49,385 nt of DNA from Phormidesmis sp. GTDB taxonomy: Bacteria; Cyanobacteriota; Cyanobacteriia; Leptolyngbyales; Leptolyngbyaceae. Shown piece after piece: positions 41,667 through 49,385 of the stretch. The translations under genes were made by a program, and so were the position numbers. Below the pieces are notes generated by a model that was given only the letters and a program-made list of their open reading frames with translations, had not been told where the DNA came from and made no database searches. The stretch spans positions 1 through 49,385 of the forward strand of contig CBDFJR010000001.1 of NCBI GenBank assembly GCA_965248535.1, read 5' to 3'. Positions within the stretch are counted from its first letter, which is position 1. Each line of letters begins with the position of its first letter.

Positions 41667-44423
41667 ATGGAAATTCTTTCGGTCAGCCTCAAAAACTTTA
41701 AATCTCACAGCGATCGCCATTTCCCGTTTCAGCCGGGCACTAATGCCATCTGTGGTGAAAATGGTGCTGGGAAGACAAGCATTTTAGAAGCGATCGCGTG
41801 GGTGCTGTTTGATCACAAGGGCGACTATAAAACTGACGATTTGATTCGCAACGGGGCAGCGAGTGCCCAAGTGCGGGTCGCCTTTATTTCCAGTCACGAT
41901 CAGCGAACTTATGAGGTTCAGCGCTGCACCCGATCGGGCTATACGCTTTTTGATCCTCAAATTGGTGAGAAGCTTGCCTATACTCGCATTCGGGAGGAAG
42001 TTTTGCCTTGGCTGAGACAGCATCTGGGCGTAGTAGCGGGGACCGATTTAGCCAAGTTATTTTCTAATACGATCGGTGTGCCTCAGGGCACGTTTACCGC
42101 CGACTTTTTGCAGACTTCTGAGAGACGCAAGCCAATTTTTGATGCGATTCTCAAAGTTGAGGAGTACCGTCAGGCAAACCAGCAAATGCTGACGTTAGAG
42201 AAATATGCGAAGTCTGAGTCAGAGAGTTTAGAACGCACGATCGAGCACTTTGATGAATCGCTTGGAGAATGGGCGATTATCACTGAAAAACAGCAAACGG
42301 TGAGTCAAGAAATTGCACAACTCAATGCTGAGTTAATGCAGTGGCAACAACGGTTTAACCAACTGCAAGCCGAGCAAGCTCAGCTCAGCACTCAAGCGGC
42401 TCACATGCAGCAGATCACGAGCGAGTTAGAGAAGTTAACGTCTCAGATTCAATCTAAAAAACTGGAGGTTGATCGACTCGCCCTAGAGTTAAAACAAGCT
42501 GGACAATCCGTTGAGATTTGTACGATTCATCGCACGAGTTACCAGACTTTTTTGCAAACTGAGATAACGCTACAGGCGCTAGAAAAAGATCGTGAGATAC
42601 AACAGTCTTTGATACAGCAGCGTCAGGGATTGACAAAACAGGAAAGCGATCGCCAAACTAAACTCGCCGCGATTAATCAACAGTTAGAGCGGCGTTCACA
42701 GATAGAATCAGAAATTCAACGTCTCGAACCCATTATTCAACGCCAAATAGGGTTGGAACAGCAGCAGCAAGCATTCAGTCAACAGATTCAAACTTGTCAA
42801 AGCTGGCGACAAACGATTAGTCGCGATCAAAAACGCCTAACTCAACTCGAAATCCGTCGTAGACAGGTAGGACAGGAGATTGAGGCTTTGGAGGCGTTTG
42901 GTGCGATCGTGCAAAAAATTCCGCAACTCGAAGAACAACAGCAGCGATATCAGCAACAACTTAGCCGCATTGATGCTGCGACACAGTTTGAAGCTGATTT
43001 ACGGCAAATTGTCACTCAAGCTCAGACTCGCGAAGGCATCTACACTCAGCACATTCAATCTGCGACAGCAACGCTTAAAGAGCTTCAGCAGGCGGCTCCG
43101 AAGTGGGCATCTCATTTGACTGATGTGCTAGCAACTCTTGGCAATGGAGCCAAGCTGCAAGGGCAACTGATGTCTGACCTGGAAAGCATTTTGGCAGATC
43201 TGTCTGAGCAGCTACTGGCTGATCGCTTAAAGCAACACCTTCAACAAGTTCAAACCCAACTCCAAACGGCCCGTCAACAGCAAGGTCAATTTCTCAGCCT
43301 CGACACTAAGCTAGATGCCGAAGAAAGTTTAGCCGCTGAGATTGAGGAAGTGCGATCGCAGATTCTCAAGAGTCAAACTCAACTCACCCACGAGCCAGAC
43401 CTACAGCAGCAGTTGGTTCATCTCACTAGACAGCTTCAAGACTTGGATGACCCCCGTGGAAAGACGCGGCTGTTGCAGCAAGAGTTGCAGCAGCAGACCA
43501 CTTTAGAACAGCAGCCCAAACTTCAGGGTGCTTTGTTAGAGACTCAGAACGCGATCGCCCAGGTCGATGCTCAACTCGCAGACTTTGCACATTTGGCTGA
43601 ACAGATTCGTGAACAGCAAACTCTACGAGACCAACATCGCGCCACTTATCAGCTTTATCTTGAGCATCAGCAGTTGGCAAACAGCTATCGGGGTCGCAAA
43701 CAGCAGTTAGAAGAGGCGATCGCCCAACTGCGCGACCATCAGGAACGGAGCACAGACTTCGCAACTCAGCAGGAACAACTGGCAGAAACCTTCGATCCCG
43801 TGCGAGTGACGATCGTGCAAACCGCCTATCAAGAAGCGAGAGACAAACAAACTCAACTCACCGCCCAACTGCCCGAAAAAGTCAAACGACTTGAAGACTA
43901 TGACGGGCAAATATCAAAGCTGCAAATCATTCAAGAAAAGCGGGATCACGCCCAAACTGAGATAAAGCGCAAACAGAAAGTTGAGCGCTTTATTAAATTC
44001 GCACGCAGGGCCTACAAAGACGCGGGCCCCCGCATCACCGAGCGCTATGTGCAAACTATCTCCCGCGAGGCAGATAAGCTGTTTCGAGAATTGCTCAACC
44101 GTCCCAATGTAGCGCTAGAGTGGACGCGAGACTATGAGATTGTTGTGCAAGAAGGTGCCCATTCTCGTCGGTTGATCAATCTCTCTGGTGGTGAGCAAAT
44201 GTGTGCAGCGCTGGCAGTCCGTCTCGCGTTGCTCAAGGTGCTAGCAGACATCAATATTGCGTTCTTTGACGAGCCAACAACCAATATGGATAAAGCTAGA
44301 CGAGAGAGTTTGGCAGAAGCGATCGCCAATATCAAAACGTTCCGTCAGCTATTTGTGATCAGCCACGATGACACCTTCGAGAAAGTTACTGAAAATGTCA
44401 TCTTAGTCGAACGCGAAGCTTGA
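41667..44423 (+). CDS. SbcC/Rad50-like SMC family ATPase
   Basis: Walker A GENGAGKT, Q-loop VPQG, long Gln/Glu-rich coiled coil, signature LSGGE, Walker B FFDEPT, ISHD. Confidence 0.9.
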   Translation: MEILSVSLKNFKSHSDRHFPFQPGTNAICGENGAGKTSILEAIAWVLFDHKGDYKTDDLIRNGAASAQVRVAFISSHDQRTYEVQRCTRSGYTLFDPQIGEKLAYTRIREEVLPWLRQHLGVVAGTDLAKLFSNTIGVPQGTFTADFLQTSERRKPIFDAILKVEEYRQANQQMLTLEKYAKSESESLERTIEHFDESLGEWAIITEKQQTVSQEIAQLNAELMQWQQRFNQLQAEQAQLSTQAAHMQQITSELEKLTSQIQSKKLEVDRLALELKQAGQSVEICTIHRTSYQTFLQTEITLQALEKDREIQQSLIQQRQGLTKQESDRQTKLAAINQQLERRSQIESEIQRLEPIIQRQIGLEQQQQAFSQQIQTCQSWRQTISRDQKRLTQLEIRRRQVGQEIEALEAFGAIVQKIPQLEEQQQRYQQQLSRIDAATQFEADLRQIVTQAQTREGIYTQHIQSATATLKELQQAAPKWASHLTDVLATLGNGAKLQGQLMSDLESILADLSEQLLADRLKQHLQQVQTQLQTARQQQGQFLSLDTKLDAEESLAAEIEEVRSQILKSQTQLTHEPDLQQQLVHLTRQLQDLDDPRGKTRLLQQELQQQTTLEQQPKLQGALLETQNAIAQVDAQLADFAHLAEQIREQQTLRDQHRATYQLYLEHQQLANSYRGRKQQLEEAIAQLRDHQERSTDFATQQEQLAETFDPVRVTIVQTAYQEARDKQTQLTAQLPEKVKRLEDYDGQISKLQIIQEKRDHAQTEIKRKQKVERFIKFARRAYKDAGPRITERYVQTISREADKLFRELLNRPNVALEWTRDYEIVVQEGAHSRRLINLSGGEQMCAALAVRLALLKVLADINIAFFDEPTTNMDKARRESLAEAIANIKTFRQLFVISHDDTFEKVTENVILVEREA

Positions 44424-44440
44424 TAGAAATCAGGCTGAAT

Positions 44441-45016
44441 CTACTTCCAGGCTCGTTGCTGATAGGTTTGCTTGCAGACCTTAAGAACTCGTTCATCATT
44501 GGCACTCAATTTTGCCAAGGGCTGAAACCCTTCTAGGTTAATCTGAGTGACCGCAGGATTTCCACGAGTTGCAACGGCCGCCCCTTTAGCTAGGGCGATC
44601 GCATAGGGGTTTTCTGATTTGTCGTAGCTATCGACCACGGTCAACGCCAGATGATCGGCTTGAAACGAGCCATAAGCGCAGTCAAAGGACGATCGAGGCA
44701 TGTATAAAGCGCCGAGCACCTTGCCTTGACGCACTTCAAAAACAAAATAAGCCTGCCCAATATGATCAGGCTCCGCAGACTGTCCATAGAGATAGACCCC
44801 ATCCGTCAAGCTAGAAGGTTTGGCAGCCGTGAGGACAGGTTTCTCTAGAGCGTCAACAAGCCGACTTTGAGGAGTAGCTTGAGCAGGAGATGCTGACTGA
44901 GCAGGTAACCCGATCGACATCAGCCCGGCCGTTAGCGACATGCCCGCCGCGAGCCGCGTCAGATTCTTTAGAGGCGCAATGGTCAAAAAAGGTAAAGAGA
45001 AAAATTGCGTCTTCAT
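44441..45016 (-). CDS. Secreted hypothetical protein
   Basis: Signal-like N-terminus; DGVYLYGQS...YFVFEV...GALYMPRSSFDC motif typical of a cyanobacterial hypothetical family. Confidence 0.75.
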   Translation of the reverse strand: MKTQFFSLPFLTIAPLKNLTRLAAGMSLTAGLMSIGLPAQSASPAQATPQSRLVDALEKPVLTAAKPSSLTDGVYLYGQSAEPDHIGQAYFVFEVRQGKVLGALYMPRSSFDCAYGSFQADHLALTVVDSYDKSENPYAIALAKGAAVATRGNPAVTQINLEGFQPLAKLSANDERVLKVCKQTYQQRAWK

Positions 45017-45506
45017 CGGGGTGCCCTCACATCAAACGATACAAATTGGTGGAAAACGATCCTGAAATCAAGAGACAGCTGGCGAATGATTAAGAGAGAA
45101 CCGTTGAGGAATTTGCTGACTCAAAACGAGTAACTAACCTTCTCAGCGCTACGCCTTATCAAGAGATAAAATCCAGTCTAGAGGCGCTAATGCAAGACTC
45201 ATTGCGACGTGAGGTTTTGACCTAGCGAACGTTACCTGGTTTCTATCAAACCACTCTGTCAGGTTTGCATCACTGCTCTTGGTGCCAGTCAGCTTACTGA
45301 CCACTGTTGGGGGCTTCAACGTCAGTTTGATAAATTACTGAAAGTCTTATCAATACTTAACAGTGGCTTTGTCTAAGGTGACATTTGTTCTTAGGCTACC
45401 ATACAGAAAGTGCCAAGCAAATCACCCATTTTGAATAGTAATAAGACGTTAATATTGGCTCACCGATGGCTCGATTCTAGAAAGACCGAGCGGGCTATTA
45501 CGCAGA

Positions 45507-46930
45507 GTGAACTACCCCCACTGACTTCCTACGCGCTACGCGCTTCGGTCGTTGAGTGGGGGCTTCCAATTTCAACGGGAAGAGCCTCAGATACGGATGA
45601 CTTACGCCGTCCAACCTTCGGACTTACCTTCCCTCCATTGGCAGTAGCGCTAGTTCCTAACGCCAAGATTCGTAGACCTTCATCTCGAATATTGATAGCA
45701 GCATTCACGTCTCGGTCATGCTTCGTAGCGCAGTTTTGACACTGCCATGACCGGATCTCCAGTGCGAGGCTACCCACTCGATTGAGGCAGACTGAGCAGG
45801 TCTTTGAGGACGGGAAAAATCGGTCAACTTCTTGATAGATCTTTCCATCCTGCCCTGCTTTATAACTAAGCATTCTGGTGAACTCCGACCAACTGGCATC
45901 GCTGATTGCTTTGGCTAAGTTGTGATTTTTCACCATGTTCTTGACTGCCAGATTCTCAACGCAGATCACTTGGTTTTCGTTGACCATTTTGCGCGAGAGC
46001 TTATGCAGAAAGTCTTTTCTCACGTTCGCAATTCTTTCGTGAACCCGTGCCACAAGGCGACGTGCCTTTTTCCGGTTGCTTGACCCCTTTTGTTTGCGAG
46101 AAAGTTTTTGCTGTTTGCGTTTGAGGTTGCGAGAATGCTTCTTTAACACCCTCGGATTGTCAAACTTAGAGCCGTCGGATGTAATCGCAAAATGGGTTAG
46201 ACCTAAATCAATCCCGACTGCTTTGCCTACTCCAGATCCCTCAATCTCTGGCAGTCCATCATCAAACAGCAATGATGCAAAATACTTGCCAGAGGTCGTG
46301 AGAGAAACCGTTACAGTTTTCAGCTTCCCTTCAAACACGCGATGAATTTTAGCCTTGATCACTCCCAGCTTCGGAAGTTTCAACCCTTCATCCGTCATCT
46401 TGACGCTCTGAGGATACTGAATCGATTGCTTGCCGTGCTTCGATTTGAAGTTAGGGAATTGAGCCCGCCCGTCAAAGAAGTTGATAAACGCTCTTGATAG
46501 GTTTAGAGACACGCTTTGCAGCACTTGGCTATAAGGCTCTGTCAACCATTCAAACTCTTTCTTGAGTGCAGGTAGCCGACTGTTCATCCCAACTTGAGAT
46601 AAGCCTTTTCCCGCTTCTTTGTAGAGTCGATTCGTCTCAGCTAACGAGTTATTCCAAAACCAACGGGCACAACCAAACGCCTTTGAAAGCGCCTCTTTCT
46701 GCTCGTCAGTGGGATAAATTCGTACCTTGACCGCGTGTTTCATTCCTCTACTTTACTGCAAACTAGCAACAATAGTAAGGAGCGTTGATAAATCTTTTGG
46801 GTTGAGGTCTAAGACATTGGCGATTCCGCTTCGCTACATCGCCCTGGCTTTCATCCCCCACCTTTTCCATTCCGCACCTCGCTTCGCTGTTGCTCCATTA
46901 CAAGAGGCGGGGGAATTCCCGCCGACTCCG
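45507..46930 (-). mobile_element. IS200/IS605-family element carrying only tnpB (IS1341-type)
   Basis: Minus strand: TTTAA at 46935-46931 precedes a left-end hairpin (CCCCCGCCT...AGGTGGGGG). Right-end hairpin CCCCCACT...AGTGGGGG ends in TTCAC at 45507. No tnpA is present. Confidence 0.8.
45529..46743 (-). CDS. tnpB: RNA-guided endonuclease TnpB
   Basis: HTH RIYPT...FGCARWFWN; RuvC D (GIDLG), E (VENL) and D (DRDVNAAINI); Zn finger CSVC...CQNC. Confidence 0.95.
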   Translation of the reverse strand: MKHAVKVRIYPTDEQKEALSKAFGCARWFWNNSLAETNRLYKEAGKGLSQVGMNSRLPALKKEFEWLTEPYSQVLQSVSLNLSRAFINFFDGRAQFPNFKSKHGKQSIQYPQSVKMTDEGLKLPKLGVIKAKIHRVFEGKLKTVTVSLTTSGKYFASLLFDDGLPEIEGSGVGKAVGIDLGLTHFAITSDGSKFDNPRVLKKHSRNLKRKQQKLSRKQKGSSNRKKARRLVARVHERIANVRKDFLHKLSRKMVNENQVICVENLAVKNMVKNHNLAKAISDASWSEFTRMLSYKAGQDGKIYQEVDRFFPSSKTCSVCLNRVGSLALEIRSWQCQNCATKHDRDVNAAINIRDEGLRILALGTSATANGGKVSPKVGRRKSSVSEALPVEIGSPHSTTEARSA

Positions 46931-47017
46931 TTAAAAAAGAGGGGAAGAAGAACGATCGCCCCTTTCCCCCTTCTTAAGCAGGACTTGAATCCTGTGTCTC
47001 TTCACACGGGCGATCGC

Positions 47018-48001
47018 CTAACTAGCGATATACTCGCGCACGTTAGCCTTACGGCGACGTAGATGATCCAACGCTTGCCGCTCTAACTGGCGCACCCGTT
47101 CACGGCTAAGATTAAGCCGTTCGCCCACTTTTGCCAGCGATAGCTCATAGCCGTCATCTAGCCCATAGCGCAGAGTCAAGACTTCTCGCTGCTGAGGCGT
47201 TAGCTCAGTCAATAGGGTGTTTAGGTCGTTTCGCAGAGACTCTTGAGTCATATAGTTCTCTGGAGACGGGCCATCGTCTTCGAGCAAGTCTTGTAACTCG
47301 GTGTCTTGATTGTCACCGACCCGCAAATCAAGCGAGACAGGCTGACGAGACAAAATCAGAAACTCACGAATCTGCTCTGGCTCAAGCTCAAGCTCTTGGG
47401 CAATCTCAACGGCAGACGGGCTGCGACCGAGCTTTTGAGATAGCTCACGCTGAACTCGCTTGATCTTATTCAGCTTCTCAGTGATGTGAATCGGCAAGCG
47501 AATCGTGCGGGCTTGTTGGGCGATCGCCCGCGTGATCGCCTGACGAATCCACCAGTAAGCGTAGGTCGAGAACTTGTAGCCGCGAGTTGGGTCAAACTTC
47601 TCAACGCCGCGCTCTAGCCCCAGTGAGCCTTCTTGAATCAGATCTAAAAACTCAAGGTTGCGCTTTTGATATTTTTTGGCGATCGACACCACCAACCGCA
47701 AGTTCGCCTCGATCATCTTCTGCTTGGCCCGGCGACCGCGATGCAAAATGCTAGTCAACTCGGTTTCGCTGATCTGAACGTGATCGGCAAACTCTTGGGA
47801 GGTTGGCTCGTGATCTAGCTTCTTAGCAAGAGCGTCCTTTTTCTCTTGCAACGTCATCATCTGCTGCACTTGCTTGCCTAAAACAATCTCTTGTTCATGG
47901 GTCAGCATGGGCACGCGACCAATTTCGTGCAAGTAAGTCCGCACCATATCTGCCGAGAAGGGGGACTTAGTAGTCTTTTCTTTAGAGTTGGCAGTAGCCA
48001 T
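47018..48001 (-). CDS. Group 2 RNA polymerase sigma factor (SigB-like)
   Basis: [60 protein letters not shown]; no region 1.1. Confidence 0.92.
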   Translation of the reverse strand: MATANSKEKTTKSPFSADMVRTYLHEIGRVPMLTHEQEIVLGKQVQQMMTLQEKKDALAKKLDHEPTSQEFADHVQISETELTSILHRGRRAKQKMIEANLRLVVSIAKKYQKRNLEFLDLIQEGSLGLERGVEKFDPTRGYKFSTYAYWWIRQAITRAIAQQARTIRLPIHITEKLNKIKRVQRELSQKLGRSPSAVEIAQELELEPEQIREFLILSRQPVSLDLRVGDNQDTELQDLLEDDGPSPENYMTQESLRNDLNTLLTELTPQQREVLTLRYGLDDGYELSLAKVGERLNLSRERVRQLERQALDHLRRRKANVREYIAS

Positions 48002-48497
48002 GGTTGCAGTGAACTCCGTGAATAAAAATCTGTGGGGACGTAGAAATTTGAAAGAGGCACTGGCTTCCCTCTGAAGGTCAGCCAGGGTATAAAAAACTTA
48101 TCTCTCGGTATGTGGATGCCGAAGCCTTGAGAGAGCGAATGAAGAACGGCACTCAATCAATGGGAAATCAATGAGAACTGGGAATGGGGAAGTAGCAGGT
48201 CAGCGATCGAACCGAAGAGCATAGGGACTGCTGTCACCGATCTAGGGAAGGCGGCTTATCTTGAAGTCAGTCCGAGTTCGATTTCTATATATTATGACAA
48301 ATAATGTCTGAAGTAAAGGGAAAATAGTCCTCCAATTGGATGGTTTTTGGGAGATTTAGGTCATGAGATTTTCAAGATCGGCTTCACGTCAAGGAAGGGT
48401 GAAATTGAACTGAGAGTAGACCAGGCTCTAGGGTCAGGGTCAAACCGTTACTTCACTTATAATCTCTCATTAACTATAGATTTGATAGTGTAATAGA

Positions 48498-48513
48498 TGG
48501 AGGATAACCGAAC
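48498..48513 (-). promoter_or_regulatory. K-box-like element upstream of the sigma factor gene
   Basis: Minus strand GTTCGG-TTAT-CCTCCA matches GTTCGG-NNAN-CC; TATAGT lies 19 nt further downstream. Confidence 0.45.
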
Positions 48514-48841
48514 CTGGTCAAGTGGTGAAGTGAGACAACCTGAACAAATTATGAAAAAATCATGAAATGACATTAAAAGCTTGTCTGTCATGAGTTGCAC
48601 TGATTTTATTAGGGCACGAAAGGTATTAGGGCTGATTTGAATGGGTTCTCCTATGCAAATCGCCTTAGTGAGGATACAAGAAAGATATGACGGGGGTGTG
48701 TCGCTCAGTTAGAGAATGAATTACTACAGTCCTTTTGGGACAAATAAGGCTGAAAATCAATGAATGGTTGGGCAACGCAGACGCGGCTGAGTTGGTGATT
48801 GAATAGAACCTAAGAGTTAAGATCAGGACTGATCGGCGATC

Positions 48842-49385
48842 TTAAAACCCTAAATCAGCCTTTGCCACTTCTGCTGCTTTAAAGACCTGCTCGTTGGGCA
48901 ATTCTTCCCAGGGAATGTCGCCGATTTCGGTGTAGAACGCTTCATCATAGGGGCGCGTGCGGATCACGACGGGCATTGGGACAGCATGGCCGAGGATGAG
49001 AGCTTGTTGCTTAGAGTCGAGTTTTGAGAGCACCGATCGTAGACTCTGAGCGCCTGACACCCCGGTAAAAATCGCGTCGATGTCTTTCTCATCATTCAAT
49101 AGAGCGGTGATGCGAGTCCCGATTTGAGACATGACTTCGTTATCGATGCCAGACGGACGTTGGTCTACTACGAGCAGCGTGACGAAGTATTTTCGCATCT
49201 CACGGGCGATCGTGCCAAAAATCGTCTGTCCAACGGTGGCAGGGTCGAGAAAGCGGTGGGCTTCTTCGATCGTGATCACGAGTTGACGAGGACGATCGCT
49301 GACATTTTTAGTCTGCAAAAACTTCTCAGCTTTGCGAACATAAGCCTGGTGAATGCGCCGCGCAATGATGTTGGTTGCCAACATA
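48842..49385 (-). CDS. HerA/FtsK-like ATPase, C-terminal part (start lies outside the window)
   Basis: Walker B ITIEEAHRF, AREMRKY arginine-finger motif, DQRPS. Confidence 0.85.
   Translation of the reverse strand, partial: MLATNIIARRIHQAYVRKAEKFLQTKNVSDRPRQLVITIEEAHRFLDPATVGQTIFGTIAREMRKYFVTLLVVDQRPSGIDNEVMSQIGTRITALLNDEKDIDAIFTGVSGAQSLRSVLSKLDSKQQALILGHAVPMPVVIRTRPYDEAFYTEIGDIPWEELPNEQVFKAAEVAKADLGF

Noticed and set aside
45529..48001. tnpB next to a sigma factor gene as a possible RNA-guided transcription system (nuclease-dead TnpB/Cas12f with a sigma factor)
   Set aside because: This TnpB keeps all three RuvC acidic residues and both transposon ends, and the sigma factor is an ordinary group 2 factor. 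The adjacency is best explained by insertion at a TTTAA just downstream of the sigma gene.

Overview
Chromosomal window from a cyanobacterium: abundant HIP1 GCGATCGC octamers, NtcA and HLR1 boxes, and a cyanobacterial-type rRNA operon with tRNA-Ile and tRNA-Ala in the spacer. Most of it is housekeeping: DsbD_2/ferric-reductase membrane protein, DICT-GAF histidine kinase, pentapeptide-repeat protein, urtABCDE plus ureG, hpf/lrtA, htpG, LpxB-like and PabB/TrpE-like proteins, der, ecfT, murJ, a full rrn operon, an SbcC-like ATPase, an IS1341-type tnpB element, a group 2 sigma factor and a partial HerA-like ATPase. The standout is an accessory block between hpf and htpG (14.6-20.3 kb) with three diverged paralogs of a family I cannot name. 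One paralog has two Gly/Ser-rich, hydrophobic-tipped segments that look like membrane-inserting beta-hairpins. The other two have lost or replaced them, and one carries an internally relocated helical module. The two divergent paralogs are each preceded by the same 13-bp motif, forming an inverted repeat. I infer, without structural confirmation, a multi-component pore-forming system. Also found: a candidate ~80-nt sRNA with CRP-like sites, a VapC/PIN relic, a phytase-like gene disrupted at its 5' end, and several MITE-like repeats.
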